From Balanoglossus misakiensis (taxonomy: Eukaryota; Animalia; Hemichordata), in assembly GCA_040954595.2 (NCBI GenBank), contig CM082586.2:9579337-9643336 (forward strand): a stretch of DNA of 64,000 nt, in the 5' to 3' direction. Below the pieces are notes generated by a model, which saw only the letters and a program-made list of their open reading frames with translations, was not told the origin of the DNA and did no database searches. Position numbers and translations under genes: made by a program. Shown here in pieces: positions 28,375 to 40,647 of this stretch. Numbering within the stretch: position 1 is the stretch's first letter; each line of letters starts with the position of its first letter.

Positions 28375-29169
28375 GATGGGTCCCCCGGTTCTTTTTGCTC
28401 GTTGCTATGGGCCTTTGTAGGACATTACACCCCGATTTGGGCTAAGCCGTTTTCAGAGTCTAACACGGGGCCGGTAACTAGTTAAAAATCTGCACGATTG
28501 TGAGCGCGCGCCCCCTGACGCCATTGATATGCAAATTAGCTAGGTCAAATTTCAAAAGCCTAAGGCTTTTTATTCCGTGACCTCAAAAACGAACTTGATA
28601 CGTATTCATTAGTTGCTTGAACCAGGGAAGATCGTGACGGATTTTGATTTCGAATATTATCGTTGTATCCTACGATTTCAGCATACCCGTACCACACCTG
28701 AAAAAGTCATCGATTTTGGGTGATTTTGGACACACTCTTCCACCGGTATCGCTTCTTAGCACGACGAAAACCGAAAAAACGATCCGTCACACTGTGCGGA
28801 AGTGCGTTCTCAACAAGCAGGTCAAATTTGACTGGCGTACGTGGCCTATGAAAAAAGCCTTAGGGATTTTCGTGAACGGTACAAAATCTCTGTGTACAAA
28901 ACATTGGATTTTTAGCGTTCGATCCAGTTACTCTGGTTACAGGACGCGCACGCCATCGCTGACCGCTGCTTTGCCGTATTAGCGTGGCGGCCTATGACCG
29001 GGCGGTAGCTGCCGTAAACATACTCGGACAGGGGGTGTGCACACAATCGTGTGTATTTTTAACAAGTTACAAGCCCCTTGTCGGACGTTCATAACGGTTT
29101 CGATCAAAATTGAGTGTAGTGTCCCATAAAGGCCCATAGCAACGAGCAAAAAGATACGGGGGACCCATC
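28375..29169. mobile_element. MITE-like non-autonomous element with TTAA TSD and GA..TC ends (Kolobok-type)
   Basis: TTAA at 28371-28374 and 29170-29173; ~55-bp imperfect TIR GATGGGTCCCCCGGTTCTTTTTGCTCGTTGCTATGGGCCTTT / AAAGGCCCATAGCAACGAGCAAAAAGATACGGGGGACCCATC; no recognisable coding. Confidence 0.88.
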
Positions 29170-29409
29170 TTAAAGCATGTTGAGATTTATCGTGTAATGT
29201 GCTATATAAGTAATAAATATTGTGTACAATAACACTTGTTTTATTGGAGTTTAAATGGAGCTGGGATCGAGGATGTGGGAGTTGGTCCTGGGACGAGGCT
29301 ACCTCGTGGTTTTTTGCCCAGACGGACAGCGGACATTTTGTATGACGCTCGCCGAAACTGCTTTAATTTCGATCTTTCCCGGACATACCCCCAATAGTCA
29401 CCAGTTACA

Positions 29410-30399
29410 ATGTCAGAAGATTACAGCTTTGTTGAATGGTGTGAAGCGGCGGGTCTTTCAAAAGACACTATCAGCTCACTAACCACCTCCCAGGTCACAT
29501 CCTCCGAAGTACTGTAGTGCCTCAGCGACCAAGACATTGTCGACCTACAACTACACATCGGTCAACATGGACTGCTTCGCCAGTTGCGAAACAAACTATG
29601 CTCTCAAAAAGCGGAATCCAAGCCCGTGGACACGCCGAAGCCCGCCGGCGAGGCCACCAAAGAGGTAACCACACAAGACTTGGCAAAAAACAAGGCACTG
29701 AATGAGCTCCTCGAAGCCCTAGGCAACGATGCCCTCAAAGACGTCCTGTCCGACCAACCACAGGCCACAAACGCAAAGCCAGCCCCCGGGAAAGGTGAGC
29801 GAAAACCCCTACTAATTCCGGACTATGTCACCACGAAAAAGGGTTCGTTCGATCAACCAGACGAAACTGAACTGGCCGCCGACGGAGACACAAAATTAGT
29901 TATGCGAACAGCAAAACAACGACCGCGACCGGACCAAGTTTCACTGCCACAGTGGATATCAGCCAATGCCCGCATTTTAAAGGCACTGATCGCCCGCGGT
30001 ATGTCCACGGAAGAGACACTGGCATATCTCGATCATACAATTAATATTGGTGACTACACTCAATCATTCACAATCCCATCGGTCCTGACTTACGATCACG
30101 AGTGCAGGAAAAAGCAGGCTGCCGATTCGCTCGCGTGGGGAGCCGTAGACCTTCACCTGTCACTCTATCACCTTGATGAGCGGCAAGTCGCGCCTCAGCA
30201 AAAAGGGAAAAATACCACAGGCAACTCCAAAGGTCGCAGTTATGATTCGAAAGGCTAGGAAATTTGCTTCGATTTCCAAAACCCACCGGGCTGCAACCGC
30301 ACCTACTGTCGTTTTGCGCACATATGCATCGAGGACGGGTGCCACAAAGATCACCCACAACACCGCCACAAATCGCTAACTTCGAACAATCATGCCTAG
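29410..30399 (+). pseudogene. gag: Gag-like ORF1 with SAM-like N-terminus and C-terminal CCCH-type zinc finger; two premature TAGs
   Basis: One frame from ATG 29410: FVEWCEAAGLSKDT...DIVDLQLHIGQHGLLR, the 29584-30258 ORF, then ICFDFQNPPGCNRTYCRFAHIC..CHKDH. Stops at 29515 and 30256. Confidence 0.8.
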
Positions 30400-32200
30400 G
30401 ATAAGGTTGCTAGCCCTCTTACTGATCACCTGGCAACGTGGAATGATGAACTGGAAAATGACATGGATCGCGACTTCATACTCAACGGTTTAAAATTTGG
30501 TTTCGATATCATTACCCCTGGTACCCCCCTTCAAAACGTGGACAGAAAAAAACTATGCGTCATGCTCTGACCCTGCTAATCGCAAGGCAGTCGAGGAACA
30601 AATTATCCATGAGGTTGATGTGGGTAATTACCGTGTCACAGCGGAGAAGCCTCAAATAATTAGCAGTTTAGGTGCCATCCCCAAGAAAAACTCTGACAAA
30701 GTCAGACTCATACACGACTGCAGCCGCCCAGTAGGAGGCGGTGTCAACGCGTACGCTTCTACTTCAACTTTTAAATATGAAACTATAAATCACGCGGTGC
30801 AACTGTGCAAAGTTGGTTCATATCTCGCGAAAGTGGACTTGAAGTCAGCGTACCGTTCGGTCCCTATAAGCACGGACTCGCAGCGAGCTACAGGTCTCCG
30901 CTACAAATTTTCAGGACAGAATACCTCTACTTATATGGTGGACACCAGGCTACCATTCGGGGCAGCCAAAAGCCCAGAAATTTTCACCCGCATAACGCAA
31001 AGCGTCACCAGAATGATGTGCAGAAAAGGGTACCAGGCGGTAATTGTTTATCTTGATGATTTTCTGATTATAGCGGACTCCAAATTTGCTTGCGAGCAAG
31101 CATTTCTGGCTTTATTACAACTTTTACAGAACCTTGGCTTCACAATAAACTGGGACAAAGTGGTAAACCCAACACAGCAGCTGACATTTCTTGGCATAGA
31201 GATAAATGCACGCACACGGACGCTTTCCCTCAATAAGGGCAAATTACAGGACTTGAGCGACCTTTTGCAACACTGGCTTCCTAAGCGGCGAACAACCAAA
31301 CGCGAACTCCAACAACTACTTGGCAAACTCAACTGGGCAGCACGGGTTATTCGCGGCGGACGCACATTTTTGAGACGTCTTATTGACTTGTCAAACTCAG
31401 TTTCACAGCAGTCTCATCACATACGCCTTCACAGGCACGCGAGAGCGGACATCCAATGGTGGACAAATCTGAGCAAAATTTTCAATGGTACGGCTTTCTT
31501 CATTGAGGAGACTCCGTTGCCCCAACAGGTTTTCACCACTGATGCATGCGCAATAGCGGGAGCAGGTATTTTCGCGAATGACTGGTTTTATACACAGTGG
31601 TCGGCCGACCACCCTATCTTGGCAGACATGCACATCAACTTACAGGAACTGTATACAGTCCTGATTGCATGCAGGCGATGGTGTTGTTTCTGGGACAAAC
31701 GCCACATAGTGGTATATACAGACAATACCACAACCATGTACGCCATTAACTCTGGTACATCCCGCAACAAAGCGGCTATGGAATGGCTTCGCGAGTTGTT
31801 CTGGCTGTCGGCACTATTTAATTTCCACATCACAGCCCGATACGTGAGCACCAAGGACAACAGCGCAGACTCCTTATCGCGTTTACACTCTGCCAAACAC
31901 TACTTCACAGCAGTGAACCTTCTCGCCAATCACCAGCTACACCCGCTAAGAGATTGGTATCGCCATATGACGGATGCTTCTTACTCTCTTCTACTTCAGG
32001 GCCTGTGCAGCAACAGTTACACCAGCTGGATATGGACATCGGCAAATACAAGCACGCAGCATATGCAGAATCAACAAAGAAAACATACAGCTCTCAACGT
32101 ACTGCCTACCTCCGGTTTTGTCTCTACTTCGGCCTCAGGCCTGTGCCCTGCACGCAACTCACCGTCTGCAGATACATTGTCTTCCTGGCTCGGTCACTAA
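30400..32200 (+). pseudogene. Reverse transcriptase-RNase H of the YR retrotransposon; one frameshift in the A-run near 30546-30552
   Basis: RLIHDCS, KVDLKSAYR, LPFG, YLDDFL, FLG; RNase H TDAC, INLQEL, YTDN, NSADSLSR. N-terminal FILNGLKFGFDI lies in the upstream frame. Confidence 0.93.
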
Positions 32201-33000
32201 AACCTAGTAGCCTCCCAGGATATTTGAACATTATTAGACTCTTACATGCTGAAGCTGGCTACGCCAACCCTTTAGAGAACAACTGGCTCCTTTGTATTTT
32301 GAAGCGGGGCATAGCTAGGACTCACAGGGTCCCACCCAGCCAAAAACTGCCAATCTCGCCTTCAATACTGAAGGACATTCACTCACACCTGGATCTGTCA
32401 ATCCCCTTCAATGCCACATTTTGGTGCGCTTGTCTTTTCGCATTTTTCACCTTCGCCAGAAAGTCCACATTGTTGTTAAAAGATCAAACACTGCCAAATT
32501 CCAGTAAGTAATTGCGCAGAGATGATGTGTCCGTTCACAACGGTCTGGCTACCATTACGGTCCGCCACACAAAAACTATCCAGTATGGCCAACGAGTACT
32601 AGAGTTGCCCCTTCAACAAATTGCCAACTCCTGCCTATGTCCGGTGGCAGCTTTCCACCAGATGCTTCATCTCTCCCCATCAGAGGAACCTCATACCCAT
32701 TTATTTTCATATCGACCATCAGTCAATGCACCCACATCCTGCCCTCAGGTTCTCACTCATTCAAAGTTTACAAAGACACTCAGACTAGTCCTGAGCAATT
32801 GTGGCTACAAACCATCCCTGTATTCGGGTCATTCATTTCGCAGGGGAGGGGCAACATTTGCGTTGAACTTGGGTATTCCCCCTCTTCTCATCAAATTACA
32901 AGGCGGCTGGAGCTCAAATGCCTTCAAACGCTATACTGTCATTTCCTCGGAAACCAAATGTAGAGTCGCCAAATCCCTGGCGTTAGCCTTATCAGATTAG
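31954..33000 (+). pseudogene. Tyrosine recombinase (phage-integrase family), split by one in-frame TAA at 32509-32511
   Basis: AESTKKTY N-terminal domain, FARKS (catalytic Arg), HTKT, LCPV, HSFRRGGAT, GGWSSNAFKRY. Confidence 0.92.
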
Positions 33001-33544
33001 TAAGGGCGCTAGCACGCACTGCCTGTGTTGGGGGTATTGTTTGGCGGTTTTTCAGGCTATTTAGCCGGTCAACATGAGAAATTAAACTAGTTGACCTTTA
33101 CCCCCAACACTTGTGTCTGTTTTATTAGTTTGTTAGTGATAGTAGTGTTGCCATTTAAGTGTACAATAACACTTGTTTTATTGGAGTTTAAATGGAGCTG
33201 GGATCGAGGATGTGGGAGTTGGTCCTGGGACGAGGCTACCTCGTGGTTTTTTTGCCCAGACGGACAGCGGACATTCCCCACCCTCCCTCCCATTGTTTAA
33301 AAAAATACGATAATGTTATTAAAAGTTAAGAGCTTTATCGTTAGAAGCGCTTTTAGTGTTACATGCTTCGCCTCTGCATTCTGTAATTCCTGTTCTGGCG
33401 GTTTTTCAGGCTATTTAGCCGGTCAACATGAGAAATTAAAATAGTTGACCTTTACCCCCAACACTTGTGTCTGTTTTATTAGTTTGTTAGTGATAGTAGT
33501 GCTGCCATTTAAATATTAATATTATTACATAAACGACACTCTTA

Positions 33545-34720
33545 CTTAGCATAGGAATTGGTCAGGTGAACTATATTCGCAGAGCTGACCAATTGTTTAA
33601 GTAAAATTCAAGTTGGGTAATATGGACGTATTCACATTTACAAACTGTGCTATGTATGGGATAGTGATGTTGCCTAATTTGAACGTCTCCACATTTACTT
33701 GAATTCTAGTAGTAGCTAAACAAGGCTGCCTATAAAAAGATCATTGTGAAACATACACAACACTTTTATTGAGCATGGGAAATGTTAATGAGAACTGTGT
33801 TCTCGGAGCTCACAAACAGTGTTATGGGAAATTCAAGCTGCTAAACTTGCATGTCTCTACATTTACTGAAATTCTGATTATGAGCTAAATAAGGCAATGT
33901 ATGGGAATGTCATTTTACCGCATACTGTCACACAACATTTCTATTTAGCATGGGAAATAGTCTTAAGAACAGTATTCTCAGAGTTGACAAACTGTGTTAT
34001 GTGTAGGATATTCAAGTTGCCTAATTGACAATTGTTAGCAACCAGTTGTCTTCAAGAAGGTTTGGGGCACCAACCTCAACGTGCTTTATTCTCACTACAT
34101 TTAGGTACCCAGGTATGCTAGATGGTTTTAGTGATCTATAAAGTTACCTTGTATATTGAGCAACTGTTAACTTGGAGTGTTGCTCAATGATAGGAAAGTC
34201 CTTTGTTCATTTTCAAAAATGTGAACAAAACACACTGAGTTATGTACGGGATATTGATGTTGCCTAATTTGCATGTCTCCACATTTACTTAAACTCTAAA
34301 AGGGAGACAAATGTCGCAGCAGAGGGAAAATAATTATGCCACACGCAACACATTTATTGAGCATGGGAAATGTTCATGAGAACTGTCTTATGAGAATTCT
34401 CAGGGCTCACAAACTGTGTTATAGGAAATCTGACAAGGAATCCAAACTGTAACACATACACAACATTGTTATTTAGCCTGGGAAATGGTCCTGAGAACAA
34501 TATTCTCAGAGTTGACAAACTGAGTTATGTGCATGTTATATTGATGTTGTCTAATTTGTACGCCTGTACATTTATTAATACTCTGACAGTGAGCTTAATA
34601 ACGCAGTGCCGGCTAAGGTCATGTTGCCATGTACACAACATTTTTAATTAGCATAGGTAATGGTCATGATAACTTCATTTGCAGAGCTGTCAAACTGTGT
34701 TATGTGAAATTCATGTTGCC
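33545..34720. repeat. Old, diverged tandem repeat (~175-bp unit), unrelated by eye to the main satellite
   Basis: AGCATGGGAAAT...GAGAAC...CTCAGAG(C/T)TGACAAACTGTGTTATG-like motif near 33547, 33771, 33946, 34359, 34473 and 34649. Confidence 0.7.
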
Positions 34721-35679
34721 TTTTTCGTGATGATGGCTTGTGGTACACAAGGGTTAACAGCAATCAGCAATTGCTTGTATGAAGGGTATGATGATTGGTT
34801 TACAAATGTGAATGGTATAATAATGGGCAACACACGTGGAAGGGTTTAATAAACAGTTAACAAATGTGGTGATGGTTTGCGGTAAAATTGAGTGTACACA
34901 GATTATAATGGGCCAAACAATGAGTATAATAAAGATAATTGCACTGTGCATGTCCCGCACTTTGGCCCCTCACTATTGTATTTTCGACACCCTTACATAC
35001 CTTTTAATGATGGTGAAGGGTTTTATGTGAATGGTGTAATAAAGGTTAACAAATGTGGTGATAGCTTTGGTGTACAGGCTGTAAATATTGATAGTAATGA
35101 CAAAGGTATAATAATAAAAGCTTAAATAAGTGTCGGGGTATACTCATCATGATGGTTCGTTCATTGGTTAATGTGTATATTTTATGAATAACATGCTATT
35201 GTTTCTCAGATAGTTCATAATCAGGATTTTTCCATGCACATCGTCATCATGATTCAGTGGAATTCTTCGGAATGGTACCTGTGATCATTTTCACGCACCG
35301 ACACACTGTACGCAGCAGACATGCAGAAAATATTAACACGTAACTCGCACGCATAATGTTGAATCTAAACGACTATATGTTAGGTTAGCTTCAACTCCCC
35401 ACCCCATCCACATTCCACATTTAGCTTGCAGTGAGGTTTTGGGGTAGTACCGATTGGGAAACTTCAAGGTTCATTCACTGTATCAAATATTGGATTTGTC
35501 ACACTGTGTCTGGGGTGGGTAAAACATGGAGAAATGTTGTCAGTAAACTTTAACCAGGCAGGTCACATGAAAGGAAGATTTTATTGTTTGAGTTCGATGA
35601 CATACATGATAAGATTTGTCACTTTTGACACCTTTTTGCAATTTGACTTAGACGCAGATGTATCTTTTCATTTGGACAC

Positions 35680-36547
35680 TGTTATGTTTACTGACTCGGT
35701 GAGATCAGGTAACGTTTTGTGTAACTCTTTTAATGAGAAACTTCAACTGGAACACGAACACAACAACTGTACGTTCTGCTAGTACAAGATGGCAGCCATG
35801 AACGCAGGGAAAAAACATGACCTTACAATGTCATATAAACTCTGCTAGAGGGCGCTCTATCAAAGCATTGCATGTGGTATGCTATAGTGGGTTATAGGCA
35901 TATCATAACATCCCCCTCCTTAAGCTGGATAGCAAACTTGTGAAAAGTGTATTGCGATAAATGTTCAGACACAGAGTCCATAATGTTCTATCAACTGAGA
36001 GTTCCTATCAGTCTATGAATTCATGCAAACAGTGTTCATTGTAATGTTCAAATAACGCTAAAGTTTTGACACTGGGAATAACACCAACACTGTGAAATGT
36101 ACTGCAAGATTTTCAGCTTTGTGAAATGTTTTAACAAGAATGCAACATCAACAACTAATGGTCTCTGGTGATTCACGAGAGTACAAAATCATCGAATTTG
36201 CTCGGTAGTTTACTGTTCCGCTTTGGGCGATCCACAGAACAAGGAGCAAGTGTTTCTTGAGCGGTGTCTGCCTTGAGTGCACATCTGACATCTGGCTGGC
36301 GATCACCTGTTTCATCAGTTGCAATGCGGCTGGATGCTGCATTGTGGTGCGGTTGGTGCGTGGGCTTTACATGAACTAAATCATGCTGATATTGAACTCC
36401 CTCCGGGGTCCGGATGGTGTATCTGCGATCAGACGACTTGTCAATCACCGTAGCTGGTTGCCAGGTTGACTTTGGTGTCTTCTGAAATCTGCATGGGGAG
36501 CCAATATGGAGTGGCATTTTTTCAGCATGTCCTCCATGAGGTATGTA
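35680..36547 (-). mobile_element. Gypsy LTR retrotransposon 3' fragment: integrase C-terminus, polypurine tract and 231-bp 3' LTR
   Basis: LTR 35680-35910 bounded by TGTTATG...CATAACA with ATTAAA on minus; PPT AGGAGGGGGA immediately upstream; WQPATVIDKSSDRRYTIRTPEG...RPKRNSKLPSKFDDFV ends at 36173. Confidence 0.8.
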
Positions 36548-36854
36548 AGAGGTCAAAACTTGGTAGTCTGCACCAGGTTCTGCGCCAGGCGCATTTTCAT
36601 AAAAGGGAACTCTGCGCCATGTGTTTGCACCATGCATTCTGCGCCACCCTTTGCGCCAAGCGATCTGCGCCACCCTATTCACGTACGTGCATGTGTAGGA
36701 TGGACGGTAACAACGCAGCGTCCCAGTACACGCACAATATACACGTTTGTACATTACATGTTTATTTCAAATGAAAGGTAATTAAAAAGAACTTTTGTAC
36801 AGCGTGTAATTTCTGAAAATTGTTGAGAAAAAAAAAGTAAATTCAAACGGATTG

Positions 36855-39388
36855 AACTTGTTAATTGTTTTGATATCTGAGAATTTGATATTTATAAGGT
36901 TGAAAATGTACAGAAACTTGGAAATTATCAATGTTTTAACAATCTGGATTTTACCAATTAAGGTAAGCCCTCTGGACCGCCAGTGGCAAAGCAAACGTGA
37001 CATAGATTCTAAGGGACCTTTAATATTTTCTTTATAAGCAGCAGCAAGGTTATAAGAAAAGAAAATGCCAACAATTTTAATTGGCATCTCTGGCCATTTT
37101 ATACCAAAAGGTTTATCCTCTCTGTGCCTCCATTTGCCAAGCCACATAGCTTCCGTTTTGTTACGATTTATACATAAACCAGATGCTAAATGAAAATTGT
37201 TTAAAAGAGAAATAAGATTCACAGCAGATGTTTCGTCTGCCAAGAAACATGTCAGATCATCTGCAAATGCAGCATTTTTGATTTCTTTGTTTAATATACC
37301 AATGCCATGAATATTATCATTTTGTTGAAAAGCAACAAAAGTACTTCCAACCCAATGATAAAAAGAGCTGGGGATAGAGGGTCTCCTTGACGAACACATC
37401 GCTGTAAATCAAAATATCCTGTTGAGAGGCCACAATTAAGAACACAGCTGGTTGGATGTGAATAAAAAGTGCGAATCCAATTCATAAGAGAAGGGCCAAA
37501 ATTTAAAGCTTCAATACAGAAATGGCCATTCTAGGCTGTCAAAAGCCTTCTCAAAAGCTACTGCCATAAGAATACCAGGTAAGTTTTCCATTTTTGTAAA
37601 CTCCAAAATGCTATCTATGATTCTTACACAATCACCTATTTGACGACCCTTTATAAAAGCACACTGGGTCTCATTAATAATATTATGCAAGATCTTGTCT
37701 AAATGTCTAGAAATACATTTCGCACCAATCTTGTAATCAACATTTAAGAGTGTAATGTGCCTCCAGTTTTTAACAAAACGTTTGTCTTTACCCTTTTTCT
37801 CAATGAGAGTGATAACACCTTGCTTCTGACTGTTTGACAAAACACCCATCTCATAACCTTTGTTTAAAGAATTAACAACATAGTAACCTATAAGAGGCCA
37901 AAATTTCATATAAAATTCAACAGACAGGCAATCATTACCTGGAGTTTTGTTTGATGGCATACTAGAGAGGGCCTGGAACGCTTCATCATAAGTGATGAGG
38001 CCATCACAAGAGGCACTATCTGTATCAGTTAACATGGGCAAGTTTACCATGTTGAAAAAGTCAGTAATGGAGTTCAGATTTTAATGATTTTGTTTACTAT
38101 GATAAAGCTTGGAATAAAAAGACTTAAGTTCTCCTAAAATCTCTTGAGAGTCCGTAATCCTCCTCCCTTCATCATTTATAATTTGGACACTGTGGGACTT
38201 CTTAGAATTAGCCTTTTCCAAACTAAGAAAATACTTTGTATTCTTTTCCCCCAGCTCATACCAGTTTGCTCTTGAACGAATAATGCTACCTTCAACAACG
38301 TAATCTAATTCTATCTGCAATTCCTTTCTTATACATTCAATCTCATCCCTAATCTCATTGGATGGATCAGAAGCTAGAGCTACCTCCATATGGGTAAGCT
38401 TGGTCTCAAGCTCAGAAATATTATCTCTTCTAGCTTTTGCCTTTTGTTTCCCATAAGAAAGAGAGGCTGTCTTAATTTTGTACTTCAAAAAATCCCAAAC
38501 TTGAATTGGCTCTTGAGAGTGGTACTCATCTACCCAATTTTCAAAGTTGCCATAATTAAGTTTGATAAACTGATCATCTAGAAGAACGCTATTATTGAAC
38601 TTCCAGTAGGAATGCCCAAGCCTGGCTCGACTATCACCAATGGAAAGAGTAATTGCAGAATGGTCACTATAATTACAAGAAATGATATCTGTATCTGAGA
38701 CAGCTTGCTGCAGAGAGCTGCTCACTAAGAAATAATCTAAACGACTCTGAATTAACTCGGGACGCAATTTGCTCCAGGTAAAACGTCTTGTGGAAGGATT
38801 ACGGACTCTCCAAATATCCGAAAGATCAAATTTAGCACAAAGCTCACTCAAAATAGTAGCTGACTTTTTCCACGTGGTTGGGTTTCCACCTTTCCTGTCC
38901 AAGTTAGGATTTATAGTCATATTATGATCCCTTACCCAAATAATCTCTCTATCTGGTTCTATTTCCATAGCATAAAGCATTTCAGTGATCTGTGAAAGAT
39001 ATGAAACATGCTCAGTTTCATTATTTGGACCATAACAATTTATGAGTAAATACGACTTTTCAAAAATATCTACTGAAATAATAATCCGACAATCTTTATC
39101 GGTACTTACATTATAAATAGAGAAATGTACATTTCTAAAAATAACAAGTACACCTCTACTATTGGAGGTACCGTGTGAAAAAATAAAATGGCCAGGGAGT
39201 AGACTTGGCCACAGCTGTTCATCTTTAGGCACACTATTAGTTTCTTGAAGGAAAATGATATTTGGATTTTTCTTTTGCAACCACTGAAAAACACCTTTTC
39301 GTTTCTTATAGTTAGCAATACCACGCACATTTGCTGAAATTACATTATAGTTCTCTGACATCAAATTTGACAGAAAATAACTGTACAA
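36855..39388 (-). pseudogene. LINE ORF2 (APE endonuclease + RT), frameshifted into at least four pieces
   Basis: ISANVRGI, FLQET, SRGV, NCYGPN, SRLDYFL, SDHSAI; KTPGND, NWRHITLLNVDYK, FEKAFDS, VRQGDPLSP, FADDLT. Confidence 0.93.
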
Positions 39389-39779
39389 AGATGCACTGAT
39401 TTTTTTCTAAATCTCCCAAAATTTTCAAAATAGAAAAGAAAAAAGGAAAAAAAATGAACTCTACAACGAGCTCAGCATAGACCGAAAAAAAAACAAAAAA
39501 AAAACAACAACAGGCAAGGTGGAGGATCTGGTACATGGCGTAAAGCAATTTAGGGAGGTGTGGGGAAAGAATATCTCCCCAACAGCGATAACCATAGTCA
39601 AAAGCATAATTGACTAATGCAGTAAAATGAGAAAAGAGAGAGAGAGAAAAAACAAGACATGAATGATCACAACATCGAATAACAGGTCAACAAAAAGCAT
39701 TTCTCTAATGGCAGGTGTCCATGTATACAGACAAGTAAAAGAGGACTGATCACCAGTAGCGACATTGCTCTCACACTGA

Positions 39780-40647
39780 CATCAAAAGGATATGATAAAC
39801 AAGTCAATGTCTTTGCTGGTAATCTTGTGGTGAAGGCGTGTATTTTGAGTTGTTGATGTAGAGTTGACCATTTACGAACTTGACTTTCTTTTTTTCGTTG
39901 TACGGAGGCTTTGCTTGACTTTATAGTCCGCTGGGCACAAGTCTGGTTTGACAAAAATGTCCGTACCTCTGAAAGCCGTACGCCAGTTTCTCAGTAGTTC
40001 ACTCCGCTGTAATCGAAGAGGGAGTTTAACGATGATATGCCCCTCGGTTTGCCAGATTTACTGCGAGTGTCTTTCACACTTGGACTGCGGTGGGCATTGT
40101 CAATCAAAATGTCCGCCATCTTGAACTTTTCTGCAGCGAGTCTCTTTATGGTTTCAACGCAATTTTCATCTTCTTTTTCGGGTATGCCTCCAATACGGAG
40201 ATTGTAGTTTCGGGAGTATCTTTCAAGCCTTGTCACCGAACTCTCAACTTGTTCATTTCTTTTGGTAAACTCCTCTAATTTTGTTTGAAGTTTCTGAAAG
40301 TCTGCCTTCAACTCCACGTTCTCTCCCTTCAGCGTATCTATGTCGTCATCTGCATACTGCATGGCCTTTTCAAGTTCAGTGTATTTCGTTTCAACAAGTT
40401 CCATTCTTTCAGGCAGCTTTCGTTGTTCAGTTATAATCGTTGAAACCCGGTCAGATATCGAGCCCACTTTCTCCTCTAAGTCCTGCAGACATTCCTTCAT
40501 TAAGGCTTTCAGCGAGTCACGAGAGAAGCCACTCTCACCTTCTCGCACGCCCGGTTCTGATGTACCGCCGCCATCTTTGAAGTACGCTGCGATATCTTGG
40601 TTGTCCGTACCGACTTTTTTGCTCTTATTTCGGGTTGCGTTTGCCAT
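39780..40647 (-). pseudogene. LINE ORF1 (coiled coil + L1-type RRM), frameshifted near 40040
   Basis: Heptad-rich region then LERYSRNYNLRIGGIPE...IDNAHR...KPR; C-terminal DLCPADY...FVNGQLYIN in shifted frames. Confidence 0.85.

Larger units (their letters stand above)
29222..33512 (+). mobile_element. Tyrosine-recombinase (DIRS-order) retrotransposon, Ngaro-like, structurally complete
   Basis: Split direct repeats A1 29222-29337, B1 33042-33158, A2 33159-33275, B2 33396-33512 around gag, RT-RNase H and YR frames. Confidence 0.93.

Noticed and set aside
28644-28982. 112-aa ORF inside the MITE
   Set aside because: TTG start and no transposase motif; likely a chance frame.
26181-29169. piggyBac assignment for the TTAA elements
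   Set aside because: Ends are AG..CT and GA..TC (RR..YY), not CC..GG, and the KolX-like remnant favours Kolobok.
34754-35125. Short ORFs as a host exon
   Set aside because: Overlapping ORFs in several frames over degenerate repeats (GTTAACAAATGTGGTGAT twice); no recognisable domain.
36173-36754. 193-aa ORF as one gene
   Set aside because: Chimera: only the part below ~36547 is integrase-like; the rest reads through an unrelated fragment.
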